A DNA stretch of 64,000 bases from Nitrospirota bacterium (GTDB taxonomy: Bacteria; Nitrospirota; UBA9217). Shown here in pieces: positions 29,349-38,357 of this stretch (positions within the stretch are counted from its first letter, which is position 1; each line of letters begins with the position of its first letter). The notes below the pieces were generated by a model. The model searched no databases. It was not told the origin of the DNA and saw only the letters and a list, made by a program, of their open reading frames with translations. A program made the translations under genes and the position numbers. The DNA lies in NCBI GenBank assembly GCA_963751455.1, contig CAVVUN010000008.1, forward strand, positions 224,001 through 288,000, given 5' to 3'.

Positions 29349-30140
29349 ATGAATATCGTTTCAGTTTATGATGGTACTCTTCATTCAAAAACCGCTTTGC
29401 AATACGGCATCCGGAAGATAAAAGAAAAGGGCGGAGAACTGATTGTACTGCACGTATTTGAAACAAGCAGGTTCATTGACTACGATGCCGGACCGAAGGC
29501 CGAGGAGATCGTGCGTGCGGAATCGAAACGGCATCTACTTGACGCGGAGAGCATTATTCGCGAAGAGGGCAAGGGTGTGCCTATTCGGCTTGTTACTGAG
29601 GAGGGCGATCCGGAGCAGGAGATTTTGCGCGCAGCGCAAGCGGCGAAGGCAGATCTTATCCTCGCTACTTCTCGCTACAAAGCCATCTCAAAAAAGACCG
29701 GGTGCCCGGTCTATATAATTCCGGGAACCATTCTTCTGCCGGTTGACAATTCCAGCGCGTTAAGCTCAAGTGTTGAAGCCGTAAGCGCTGAGGCAAAAGC
29801 GACCGGCTCGAAAGTTCTGCTCCTGGGCGTCGTTCCGGTTCATCTGTACAGCGCCGGTGAACAAGAAGAAGTGAATAAGGTCAAAGCCGCCACTGCTGCC
29901 ATCGTCGCCAAAATAAAAAAAGGCCTTAGCGAAAAAGGGCTCGAATGTTCTGAAAAAATCCGTTCGGGATACCCGGACGAGGAAATCCTGAGGGCCGCTG
30001 AGGAACATGCGGTCTCTCTCATCATGCTTCCATCCGGGGGGAAGACGCCTTCTGAACTAAGCAAGGCGGCCGAAATTCTTCGGGATGAGCCGGAGCGCGT
30101 GAAAACGCCTATTTATCTCATACCGGCAAGCGACGGGTGA
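29349..30140 (+). CDS. tandem-domain universal stress protein
   Basis: MNIVSVYDGT (paralog of 27877), second domain ILLPVD...GYPDEEIL. Confidence 0.88.
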   Translation: MNIVSVYDGTLHSKTALQYGIRKIKEKGGELIVLHVFETSRFIDYDAGPKAEEIVRAESKRHLLDAESIIREEGKGVPIRLVTEEGDPEQEILRAAQAAKADLILATSRYKAISKKTGCPVYIIPGTILLPVDNSSALSSSVEAVSAEAKATGSKVLLLGVVPVHLYSAGEQEEVNKVKAATAAIVAKIKKGLSEKGLECSEKIRSGYPDEEILRAAEEHAVSLIMLPSGGKTPSELSKAAEILRDEPERVKTPIYLIPASDG

Positions 30141-30316
30141 AGTATGACCTCGGCCTATCAAGCACGTGTCGTTCTTACATTTATCAATAGTATAAACCGC
30201 CGCTTATCAGTTGACAGCCGGAGCGAGAGCGATTATGATTGTGCCATAAGTATTGCTTTTTGCAACAGACTGCTTGCACGGGTTTGAACCGCATTCCATT
30301 ATAAGGAGGCACCAGT

Positions 30317-31207
30317 ATGGCCGATATCTGTCCGACAACACGAGTTGAGAAGATCCTTCTCTCAACAGATGGTTCTGACTTCAGCGAAGGGGCAGTGCGC
30401 GAGGCGATCAAGCTCGCGAAAAAATGTTCTACCGGTCTTTCAGTCCTGTCTGTGATAGACTTTAACCCCGAATTCGATGCTGCTGCGCCTCAGATCGTGG
30501 AAAAGAAAGAGAAGGACGCACGGGAGCATCTTGAAGCCGTGAAAGCCAGGGCGAAAAAAGAAGGGGTTGACTGCACAACCCTCGTTCAGAGGGGTGAAGC
30601 TTCCTACAAGCATATCGTCGATGAAGCAAGCAAGAACAAATATACCATGATCGTGATGGGCAGGAGGGGAAGAACCGGCCTCAAGCGGCTCATGATGGGA
30701 AGCGTTACTTCTCGCGTCGTCGGTCTTGCGCCTTGCAATGTGCTCGTGGTGCCCAAAGATGCGCACCTCGAGTTTAAGAACATTCTGATCGCCACAGACG
30801 GTTCTCAATACTCGCTGACTGCAGCATCCGAAGCTATAGGGCTGGCGAAGCGCAACAGCAGCATGCTCACGGTAATCGCGGTTGTCCCCTCCGAACTCGC
30901 CACTCCCGCGGACGTTGATTTCTCCATAGCGCAGCGCGAGCATATCGCCGAAAAGGAGATGCATGAGGCCGAAAAGAATGCCAAGGCCGTCAAGGAGGCA
31001 GCGCTGAAGGAAGATGTATCGGTCAGGGCCTTTATCTTAAGCGGGAAACCTGCAGACGCAATAATCGAAACGGCCACAGAAAGAAAAGCCGACCTGATCG
31101 TGCTTGGAAGTCACGGACGGACCGGCCTGGAAAAGCTCCTCATGGGCAGCGTTGCGGAACGAGTCATCGTGCTCTCCTCTTGTCCGGTGTTGGTCGTGAA
31201 AAAATAG
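30317..31207 (+). CDS. tandem-domain universal stress protein
   Basis: ILLSTDGS, VMGRRGRTG..MGSVT, VLGSHGRTG..MGSVA. Confidence 0.93.
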   Translation: MADICPTTRVEKILLSTDGSDFSEGAVREAIKLAKKCSTGLSVLSVIDFNPEFDAAAPQIVEKKEKDAREHLEAVKARAKKEGVDCTTLVQRGEASYKHIVDEASKNKYTMIVMGRRGRTGLKRLMMGSVTSRVVGLAPCNVLVVPKDAHLEFKNILIATDGSQYSLTAASEAIGLAKRNSSMLTVIAVVPSELATPADVDFSIAQREHIAEKEMHEAEKNAKAVKEAALKEDVSVRAFILSGKPADAIIETATERKADLIVLGSHGRTGLEKLLMGSVAERVIVLSSCPVLVVKK

Positions 31208-31229
31208 CGCAAGCATCAGGTAATTTTTT

Positions 31230-32537
31230 ATGCTGAACATTCTCATCATCTCAAATGAAGCGAAAAACCTTTATGCGCTCTTCAAGTCTTCGGGTTTCGT
31301 CTCGGAGGTCCAGAATTTAACCGGTGAAGCTTCTTCCGGAGGCGAAGAAGGCAGGGAAAACGAGACGCACGACATTGCATTCCTGGACCTTGATACCGAA
31401 AACTGGCAGGAGCGTCTGCTCGACTTGCGGCATCGGATGCCGGTCGTCGCTTTTTCTCACTCCGATCTCAGGAAGGCAGTTGAGTCAATGCGCCTGGGGG
31501 CCGGTGATTACCTGGAAAAACCCTTGACGGCCGAGGTACTCTCGGACGTGATTACCCGCCACAAGAAAAAAATCCTGAGTCACAAATACGGGTTCGATGA
31601 AATAATCGGCCATAGCACAGCCATGCAGGAGGTGTTCGGTCTCATCAAAAAAGCGGCGGCCAGTGAGAGCAATGTGCTGATTACCGGAGAAAGCGGGACG
31701 GGCAAGGAGCTGATAGCACGGGCGATCCATCGATGGAGTCCTCGTAACGAGCGGTCCTTCATGACGATCAATTGCAGCGCCATCCCCGATACGCTGCTCG
31801 AATCGGAACTGTTCGGTTTCGAAAAGGGCGCTTTTACGGGCGCTCACTACCAGAAAAAGGGTCTTCTGGAGCAATCCGACGGCGGAACAGTGTTTTTCGA
31901 CGAGATCGGTGACGTCTCGCCCCTGTTTCAGACCAAGATACTGAGGGTTCTGCAGGAAGGCGAGATCATGCGCATCGGGGGCATGCGCCAGCTTAAAGTT
32001 GATCTGCGCTTCATTACCGCAACCAACCGTGATCTGAAGACGGCATGCAGCCGCAGCAACTTTCGTGAGGACCTGTACTACCGTCTGAACGTCATTAATG
32101 TGCATCTGCCCCCTCTTCGGGAACGGATGGAGGATGTTCCGCTCCTGGCAAAGCACTTTGTCCAGAAACACGCGCCGAAAAGAAAAGACATCCTGATCAA
32201 GTGCTTAAGCGGCGAGGCTATGAGCGTTCTGCTCGAGCATGCCTACCCTGGTAATGTCCGGGAACTTGAAAACATCATCGAGAGGGCGATCTCGTTCGCT
32301 AATACCTCCGAAGTCCTGCCGTCTGACCTGCCTGCCTCTCTCCGGGAGACCCCGCCTGTGTTCAGGCCGAGGCCTGCAGCAACCCGCTTGAAAGAAGCGT
32401 TGTCCAATGTTGAGAAAGAAACAATCTCCACCGCCCTCCTTGAAGCAAAAGGCAATATTTCCCGCGCAGCTTCCGCTCTTGGCATGTACCGTCAGCAACT
32501 CCAGCGAAAAATCAAACAATACAAGATAGCTTTATAG
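31230..32537 (+). CDS. sigma54-dependent activator with degenerate receiver domain
   Basis: [27 protein letters not shown]; N-terminal IISNE in place of DD, FLD and EKP retained. Confidence 0.9.
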   Translation: MLNILIISNEAKNLYALFKSSGFVSEVQNLTGEASSGGEEGRENETHDIAFLDLDTENWQERLLDLRHRMPVVAFSHSDLRKAVESMRLGAGDYLEKPLTAEVLSDVITRHKKKILSHKYGFDEIIGHSTAMQEVFGLIKKAAASESNVLITGESGTGKELIARAIHRWSPRNERSFMTINCSAIPDTLLESELFGFEKGAFTGAHYQKKGLLEQSDGGTVFFDEIGDVSPLFQTKILRVLQEGEIMRIGGMRQLKVDLRFITATNRDLKTACSRSNFREDLYYRLNVINVHLPPLRERMEDVPLLAKHFVQKHAPKRKDILIKCLSGEAMSVLLEHAYPGNVRELENIIERAISFANTSEVLPSDLPASLRETPPVFRPRPAATRLKEALSNVEKETISTALLEAKGNISRAASALGMYRQQLQRKIKQYKIAL

Positions 32538-32540
32538 TCA

Positions 32541-32705
32541 TTGATTCCCCTTTCGTGTATATCAGCGAAAGGGTACGACAACGAGTCTACGCCTCACCTT
32601 GATTCCCGTCTCCCGCTCCTCAGGGAGATGGTAGGTAAAGGGTCTAAGCCTCTCCTTGTCCTTGATTCCTTCGTCTCTTAGAATAAGGGTAGGACACTAA
32701 GATCT
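32541..32705 (+). repeat. tandem array of three TTGATTC-hairpin units
   Basis: Units start at 32541, 32599, 32662; conserved flanks, variable but paired inner stem. Confidence 0.65.
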
Positions 32706-32854
32706 TTTTTTCGTTCCCCTGGCCTTTCACCCCTAACTCCCATGACTCTCTTTTACCCTCTACTTAGAACCGTTAGAGGGTGAAGCAAGAAGAGCAACAT
32801 AATATTATTGCCGCATTTAATTGTTGCACCATAAACCGCGCTAAGCGTGGTTTA

Positions 32855-33020
32855 TCCTAAAAACGGCATTTGGACACGGATGAACACGGAAATAACGGAT
32901 AAAAACAGTGCGCTAGAACAAAATAACATCTCGCCCTTTTGGAGAATTATGAAAGAGTTGTATATCTTTGTAAATACGTGTTAATCAGATTTTATCCGTG
33001 TCCAAAAGCTCTTTTCAGGT
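32855..33020. mobile_element. 166-bp MITE with TTA target duplication
   Basis: TTA|TCCTAAAAACGG...CTTTTCAGGT|TTA; identical except the last base to 59866-60031. Confidence 0.88.
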
Positions 33021-33102
33021 TTATTTGTTTTTAAGTGCACGATTGAATTGCACCATTCAAATAAATTATAATTTTATTGTGCTTTTTCAATTAGTTACTT
33101 AT

Positions 33103-33117
33103 TGGCATCGCTCTTGT
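33103..33117 (+). promoter_or_regulatory. sigma54 -24/-12 promoter
   Basis: TGGCAT-CGCTC-TTGT upstream of 33184; AT-rich tract and GTGCAC..TGCAC palindrome upstream. Confidence 0.62.
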
Positions 33118-33183
33118 AAATACAATGTCAACGACTCGAACACAGCAAACCAGAAATAATCGAAATCAAAAAACGGAGGGAGC

Positions 33184-33360
33184 ATGAGAAAACTCATGAA
33201 AAAGCTTGAAGACATGATGGTTGCGGTGACCTTCGCAGAATCCGGTGAATATGATGACGCAGCACGATATTTGGGAGATTCTGACTCTCGTTCGGATGAG
33301 GAAACCGGAAAGCATATGCATGATGTGAAAAAACCTGCGTACGAAGTTCCGCGTAAGTAA
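33184..33360 (+). CDS. small FAExGE-motif protein, 58 aa (not in ORF track)
   Basis: GGAGGG RBS; MRKLMKKLEDMMVAVTFAESGEYDDAARYLGDSDSRSDEETGKHMHDVKKPAYEVPRK*. Confidence 0.8.
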   Translation: MRKLMKKLEDMMVAVTFAESGEYDDAARYLGDSDSRSDEETGKHMHDVKKPAYEVPRK

Positions 33361-33453
33361 TAGTAGTCTTCGGTCACAAAATCACTCATACGGGAATCAA
33401 TTGAAACCCGTTTTTTTTACAAGTTTAAAAAGATTATAAGGACATAAAGAACT

Positions 33454-34218
33454 ATGCATATGACAATGCAAAAGATGGTAGACAGGGATGGTCTGCAAAA
33501 GCTTTACGTCCAGATGTTTTCAATAATCAAGGAAAAAATAGAAAAGCGGGAATGGCCGGACGGTTCGCAGATCCCGACTGAAGATGAACTCTGTAAAGCG
33601 TACGACATCAGCAAAGCAACCGTGCGCATGGCTGTTTCGGAACTGGTCAGAAAAGGCTTTCTGAAAAAACAGCAGGGAAAAGGCACGTTCGTTACTCATG
33701 GCCAGCAGGACTTGGGCGTTACGATGAAGACGAAGCTGACCGAAGACATGTTTGGAGAGGGGGTGAAGACGAGGAAGGAAATGCTTTCAAGAGGAATTAA
33801 AGATACACCTGACGAAATGAAGAAGTTTCTTTCATCAGCGGGGAATGGGAATGAGGTAAAGGAGCTGTTCTACGTTCTCTGCAGGAGAGTCGTCAACGGC
33901 GAGACGGCCTATCTTGAAGAGTCGTACATCCCGACAGCTGTGTTTCCGGGGATCGAGCATGAAGATATTTGCCAAAGACCTTTTTACGATCTGATCCAGG
34001 AAAAAGGGGTCAGGAAGATTTCCAAAGTGGTGCAGACAATCGAGGTGTCGGAAGCTCGCGGCGAGACCGCAGCCCTCTTGAAGGTTCCGGAGGGGTCGCC
34101 GGCACTCCTGCTTCACCGGCTGCTTATGGGATCGGATTCGACCCTGATCGCTTACACCAGGCTTCTCGGTATCGGAACGAAATATAAAATTCAGACGGAG
34201 TTTGAACGAATAAAATGA
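33454..34218 (+). CDS. GntR family regulator (HutC/UTRA subfamily)
   Basis: IPTEDELCKAYDISKATVRMAV, QQGKGTFV, UTRA-like C-terminus; exact start uncertain. Confidence 0.9.
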   Translation: MHMTMQKMVDRDGLQKLYVQMFSIIKEKIEKREWPDGSQIPTEDELCKAYDISKATVRMAVSELVRKGFLKKQQGKGTFVTHGQQDLGVTMKTKLTEDMFGEGVKTRKEMLSRGIKDTPDEMKKFLSSAGNGNEVKELFYVLCRRVVNGETAYLEESYIPTAVFPGIEHEDICQRPFYDLIQEKGVRKISKVVQTIEVSEARGETAALLKVPEGSPALLLHRLLMGSDSTLIAYTRLLGIGTKYKIQTEFERIK

Positions 34219-34349
34219 AGGTTTCGCAGAAAATGAAAAGCCGTCAACCTTTGACAAGCTCATGAAGAAACTGTGAGCGAAAGCCAAAGGTCCTTCAAAC
34301 GACTGAGCACAAATCCATTGAGAATTAATTAACTATAAAGGAGGGTATC

Positions 34350-35633
34350 ATGAATGTAGCACGAAGGGTATTTGAGTTTTTAAAGTTGTCCTCCCAGGCG
34401 CATGCGCGCTGGGACTATGAAGTGTCCATGAGCATCATTCACAACAGGAAGAGGCTCCTGATCTTTCTCGCTGCGCTGCTGCCGATTGCACTCGTCATGT
34501 TTGCAGAAGCGGGTGACATGATCGGAAGCAAGACTGCGTATGCACCCGCATTCTACTCAACGAACATCTTCCTGGTCTCGATTGCGATCGGCCTTTGTGC
34601 AGGTTTGATCACGGGCTGCATCGGCGCGGGCGGAGGTTTCATCATCACGCCGGCGCTCATGGCCGCGGGCGTAAAAGGTATTCTTGCGGTTGGAACAGAC
34701 CTCTTCCACATATTCGCAAAAGCGATCATGGGAACGACGGTCCATAAAAAGCTCGGCAACGTCTCGGTTAAGCTTGCTGTCGCGTTCCTGGTCGGCTCGG
34801 CCGGCGGCACCTTCATCGGCGGGTATATCAATAAGACGCTCTATGACAGTGACCCGCTGCTGTCCGAAGCTTTCATCAGCCTGGTCTATGCGATTCTGCT
34901 CGGGTTTCTCGGCTTCTACGCGCTTATAGACTTTCTGAAGTCCCGCAAGGGCAAGGACTCGGGGGACGCTCATGGCGGATCCTCAGGCATGACCGATCTT
35001 TCACGCAAGGTCCAGAACATCAAGATGCCGCCCCAGATCACCTTTGATGAGGACTACGTGCCCGGCGGCAGAAAAATATCCGGCGTCATTGTGGCTCTCG
35101 GCGGCATCGTCGTCGGTCTTTTGGCCGCGATTATGGGCGTCGGCGGCGGGTTCGTCACCTTCCCGATGTTCGTCTATGTCTTCGGCGTTTCCTCCATGAC
35201 GACCGTGGGAACCGACATTCTGCAGATCATCTTTACAGCCGGCCTTGCCGCGATCTCCCAGTACGCAATCTACGGCTACGTGTTCTACACTTTGGCCATG
35301 GGAATGCTGCTCGGTTCTCTGATCGGGATCCAGGTAGGCGCACTGACAACCAAGGTAGTGAAGGGCATACACATCCGCGGCTTCTATGCGGTTTCAATCA
35401 TTGCCGGCTTTATCAACCGCGCCGCAACGCTTCCCAAGAAGATGGTGGAACTCGAGATGATCAACGTGTCACAGCCTGTGGTCAAGGGCATTGAGACCGC
35501 GGGTAACGTCATATTCTGGATAGTAGTAAGTCTATTCGCAGCCTGGGTCATTGGAAAGTTCATTGCCAATATCGACAAACTTCGTGGTGAGGATGAACAC
35601 GCTGCACCAGTGCTGGCAAAGGAGGAGGCGTAA
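34350..35633 (+). CDS. sulfite exporter TauE/SafE family transporter (long form)
   Basis: GCIGAGGGFIITP, AIMGVGGGFVTFP. Confidence 0.9.
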   Translation: MNVARRVFEFLKLSSQAHARWDYEVSMSIIHNRKRLLIFLAALLPIALVMFAEAGDMIGSKTAYAPAFYSTNIFLVSIAIGLCAGLITGCIGAGGGFIITPALMAAGVKGILAVGTDLFHIFAKAIMGTTVHKKLGNVSVKLAVAFLVGSAGGTFIGGYINKTLYDSDPLLSEAFISLVYAILLGFLGFYALIDFLKSRKGKDSGDAHGGSSGMTDLSRKVQNIKMPPQITFDEDYVPGGRKISGVIVALGGIVVGLLAAIMGVGGGFVTFPMFVYVFGVSSMTTVGTDILQIIFTAGLAAISQYAIYGYVFYTLAMGMLLGSLIGIQVGALTTKVVKGIHIRGFYAVSIIAGFINRAATLPKKMVELEMINVSQPVVKGIETAGNVIFWIVVSLFAAWVIGKFIANIDKLRGEDEHAAPVLAKEEA

Positions 35634-35634
35634 C

Positions 35635-36345
35635 ATGTTGATCAGAAATCCAAAGATGTTCAATCTAGGAGCATTATTTGCGGTCACCTTTTTGGGGGTG
35701 CTTTTCACGATCTTTTCCCCGGTGTTTGAGGGAAAAAACGGGCTGCAATTCGCGGATGAAAGCTTTAACAAGCTGGCGAAAGGCTCCTCGTATTTCATCC
35801 CGAAGGTCGCAAGATCCGTCCAGGAGTTCAGCGGTAAACCGATGACAGTCAGCATAACTCTTGATAAGAGCGAGGACGCCGTTAATGCCGAGAAGATCCT
35901 GAGCGTTGCCGGCGCAAAAGTGACCCGCAACAATTCAGCACTTACGGTGGAAGGCGATGTCGCAATAATCTTGAGAAGCGCGCTCAGGGACGCTGATGCC
36001 ATGTACAACAATGACGGCAAGGCCGTGAATGAGCGCTACGGAATGGACGAAAAACAGGCGCTCAAGTCCTGGTGGACTACGTTGGGCAAGATCGAGAAAC
36101 AGATGAAAAAAGACAAAAATATCGAAACCGCTAGGGTCATTTCTGAGGTGAATAAAAAAGCGGTGGAACCCGGCTACAACTTCTACAAAGTAGAAGCCAA
36201 CAAGGTTATAGACCACGCGGGGATGTTGTCAGGCCTCCTCGTCTTCTATGTCGCCTATACGATGTGGTGGGGCTTCGCCATTTTCTATCTCTTCGACGGG
36301 ATCGGCCTGACCATGAAGAAGGCCAAGGTCAAGAAAGAGGCGTAA
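35635..36345 (+). CDS. membrane protein partner of TauE/SafE
   Basis: GGAGGAGG RBS, N- and C-terminal TM, FNKLAKGSSYFIP; 1-bp gap after TauE. Confidence 0.82.
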   Translation: MLIRNPKMFNLGALFAVTFLGVLFTIFSPVFEGKNGLQFADESFNKLAKGSSYFIPKVARSVQEFSGKPMTVSITLDKSEDAVNAEKILSVAGAKVTRNNSALTVEGDVAIILRSALRDADAMYNNDGKAVNERYGMDEKQALKSWWTTLGKIEKQMKKDKNIETARVISEVNKKAVEPGYNFYKVEANKVIDHAGMLSGLLVFYVAYTMWWGFAIFYLFDGIGLTMKKAKVKKEA

Positions 36346-36378
36346 TTGAAACATACACGTCTTTAAGCTAAAATGCTC

Positions 36379-36413
36379 CAGGAGCCTGGTTAACCAGGCT
36401 CCTGTTTATTTTT
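36379..36413 (+). terminator. rho-independent terminator
   Basis: CAGGAGCCTGG-TTAA-CCAGGCTCCTG then T-rich tail. Confidence 0.72.
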
Positions 36414-36586
36414 AGACCGGCTTAAGTTGATCGCAGTGGTTTTCGTGCCGTGCTACGAAATGATCGAGCTCCAATTGAGAGCAGTTCGAAACGCCTCTTT
36501 GGCCCACCTTTCGCTTGGATTGCGTCAATAGCCAAGCCCCTTAATTTTTGACTTTTTCGCCGTTTGTGGGCTATAATCAGTCCTGT

Positions 36587-38254
36587 ATGAAAATACGGGA
36601 CAAACTGCTTCTCGGCTTCGGCTTGTATATCCTTCTTGCTGTGGTATTAGGGTTTTTTACATATAAATCGCTCAAGTCGATCAGCACCAGCCTGGTCCTT
36701 CTCGAAACGGCAGATGATATCACCAACAATATGCTCGAGGTGCGCAGATACGAAAAAAATTACCTTCTGTATAAAAAGCAGCGGGACTTCGAAGAGCTCA
36801 AAAACTATCTCGGGGTCCTGAAAAAATCGATAGACAATATCAGGGCGGAAATCATCATTGAAATTCAGGAACCCAACTATGAGGCCGTGAAAAAGTCTAT
36901 TGCCCACTACGAGGCATTAATTGACCAGCTTTCTCAAAATTATGCATCGCAGGCGGAATTCGTGTCCCGCGCTATCCCGACCGGAAGAAACATTGAACGG
37001 CAGTTGGTGACCAGAGCAGACCTGGTGGCATTTCTCACCCTGAGGCGGCATGAACGCAACGTGATGCTGTACCGGAACACGGCTTCCTGGGAAGCGTTTT
37101 CGCGAGAGGCAGCATCTGCTGCTCTCAGCAAAGTTCCAGAAATGGGGCGCTATCGCACCCTGGTCCGTAATCTCTACCTGCTTTATCAAAACGAAAATGA
37201 ATCCGTGGAGAAGATGCGCCTGACCGCACGCGAGATACAGTCATTCACAGAGAATCTCGCCAAAGAAGAACGGGAAAAAATCCATACGATGGTCAGGATG
37301 TCGATTCAGCTCCTGCTCATCGCACTTGCATTGATCCTTGTCTTCGGTACGATTATCAACGTAAAGCTTGCGACCAGCATCGCGAATCCCATCAGGATGC
37401 TTGAAAAAATAGCAAAGAAGATCGCCGAAGGCGATTTCTCCGAAGCAATCGAGGTCAAGGGTAAAGACGAACTGGCATCGCTCAAGATAGCCTTTAACCA
37501 GATGGAGGATCGGCTCAAGAGCGCGCTCTGGTCTCTTGAACATACCATCAATAAATTGAGGGAGAAGCAGTCGCAGCTAGTCGAGGCTGAGAAGCTGGCA
37601 TCCGTGGGTAAGCTTGCTGCGGGGATCGCGCATGAGATAAACAACCCGCTTACTGCCGTATTGACCTTCTCCAACCTCATGCTGGAACAATGTCCGCCAA
37701 GCGATCCGCGGCATGGAAAGCTCAAATTGATGGTACGGGAGACCGACCGGGCGCGAAATATTGTGCGACAGTTGCTCAACTTCGGGCGCGAAATCGTTAT
37801 AAAGCCTGTACGGATCAACATCAATCAGCCAATTTCGGAAATCGCGGACTCCCTTGCAGCGCAAGACGCTTTCAAGGGCCTCGAGCTCAGAATGAACTTG
37901 GCCGATAATCTGCCGGAAATCAACGCAGATCCTCCTCAAATCGGTCAAGTGGTGATGAATATTCTCCTGAACGCGATCCACGCCATTACCCCGCCGGGCA
38001 CAATCGAGATCAACACGCGGTTGAATGGGAGTGACGTTGAAATCGCTTTTTCGGATACGGGCAGCGGCATCGCCGAGGAGCATGTCCACAAGATATTTGA
38101 TCCTTTTTTTACCACAAAGGGCGTGTCAAAGGGAACGGGCTTGGGGCTTGCCGTAAGCTATGGTATTGTCAAGAAACATGGCGGGGATATCGAGGTCTCG
38201 AGTAAAGTGGGAAAAGGAACGACGTTTACGGTGAGACTGCCGGTAACTGCGTAA
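36587..38254 (+). CDS. HAMP-domain sensor histidine kinase
   Basis: EVRRYEKNYLLY and LRRHERNVMLY sensor repeats, GIAHEINNPL, IFDPFFTTK; TTGACT-18-TATAAT just upstream. Confidence 0.93.
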   Translation: MKIRDKLLLGFGLYILLAVVLGFFTYKSLKSISTSLVLLETADDITNNMLEVRRYEKNYLLYKKQRDFEELKNYLGVLKKSIDNIRAEIIIEIQEPNYEAVKKSIAHYEALIDQLSQNYASQAEFVSRAIPTGRNIERQLVTRADLVAFLTLRRHERNVMLYRNTASWEAFSREAASAALSKVPEMGRYRTLVRNLYLLYQNENESVEKMRLTAREIQSFTENLAKEEREKIHTMVRMSIQLLLIALALILVFGTIINVKLATSIANPIRMLEKIAKKIAEGDFSEAIEVKGKDELASLKIAFNQMEDRLKSALWSLEHTINKLREKQSQLVEAEKLASVGKLAAGIAHEINNPLTAVLTFSNLMLEQCPPSDPRHGKLKLMVRETDRARNIVRQLLNFGREIVIKPVRININQPISEIADSLAAQDAFKGLELRMNLADNLPEINADPPQIGQVVMNILLNAIHAITPPGTIEINTRLNGSDVEIAFSDTGSGIAEEHVHKIFDPFFTTKGVSKGTGLGLAVSYGIVKKHGGDIEVSSKVGKGTTFTVRLPVTA

Positions 38255-38357
38255 TTGTAGGGACGTTTCGCTGAGTTCGGAGCGGCGAGTGCAGAGTGCG
38301 GAATGAAAAGTCGTTACAAGGCACAAGCTACGAGCTATAGCGACCGGAGGCCGGCTT

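Noticed and set aside
30232-30248. Minus-strand TGGCAC as a sigma54 promoter (similar case near 48480)
   Set aside because: No -12 TTGC at the required spacing
32541-32705. CRISPR mini-array or integron attC sites
   Set aside because: Repeats are not identical, the variable parts are self-complementary, and there are no cas or intI genes or RYYYAAC/GTTRRRY cores
34214-34275. Sixth FAE-like peptide (GFAENEK...KLMKKL)
   Set aside because: No start codon in that frame, preceded by a stop, and motif order is wrong
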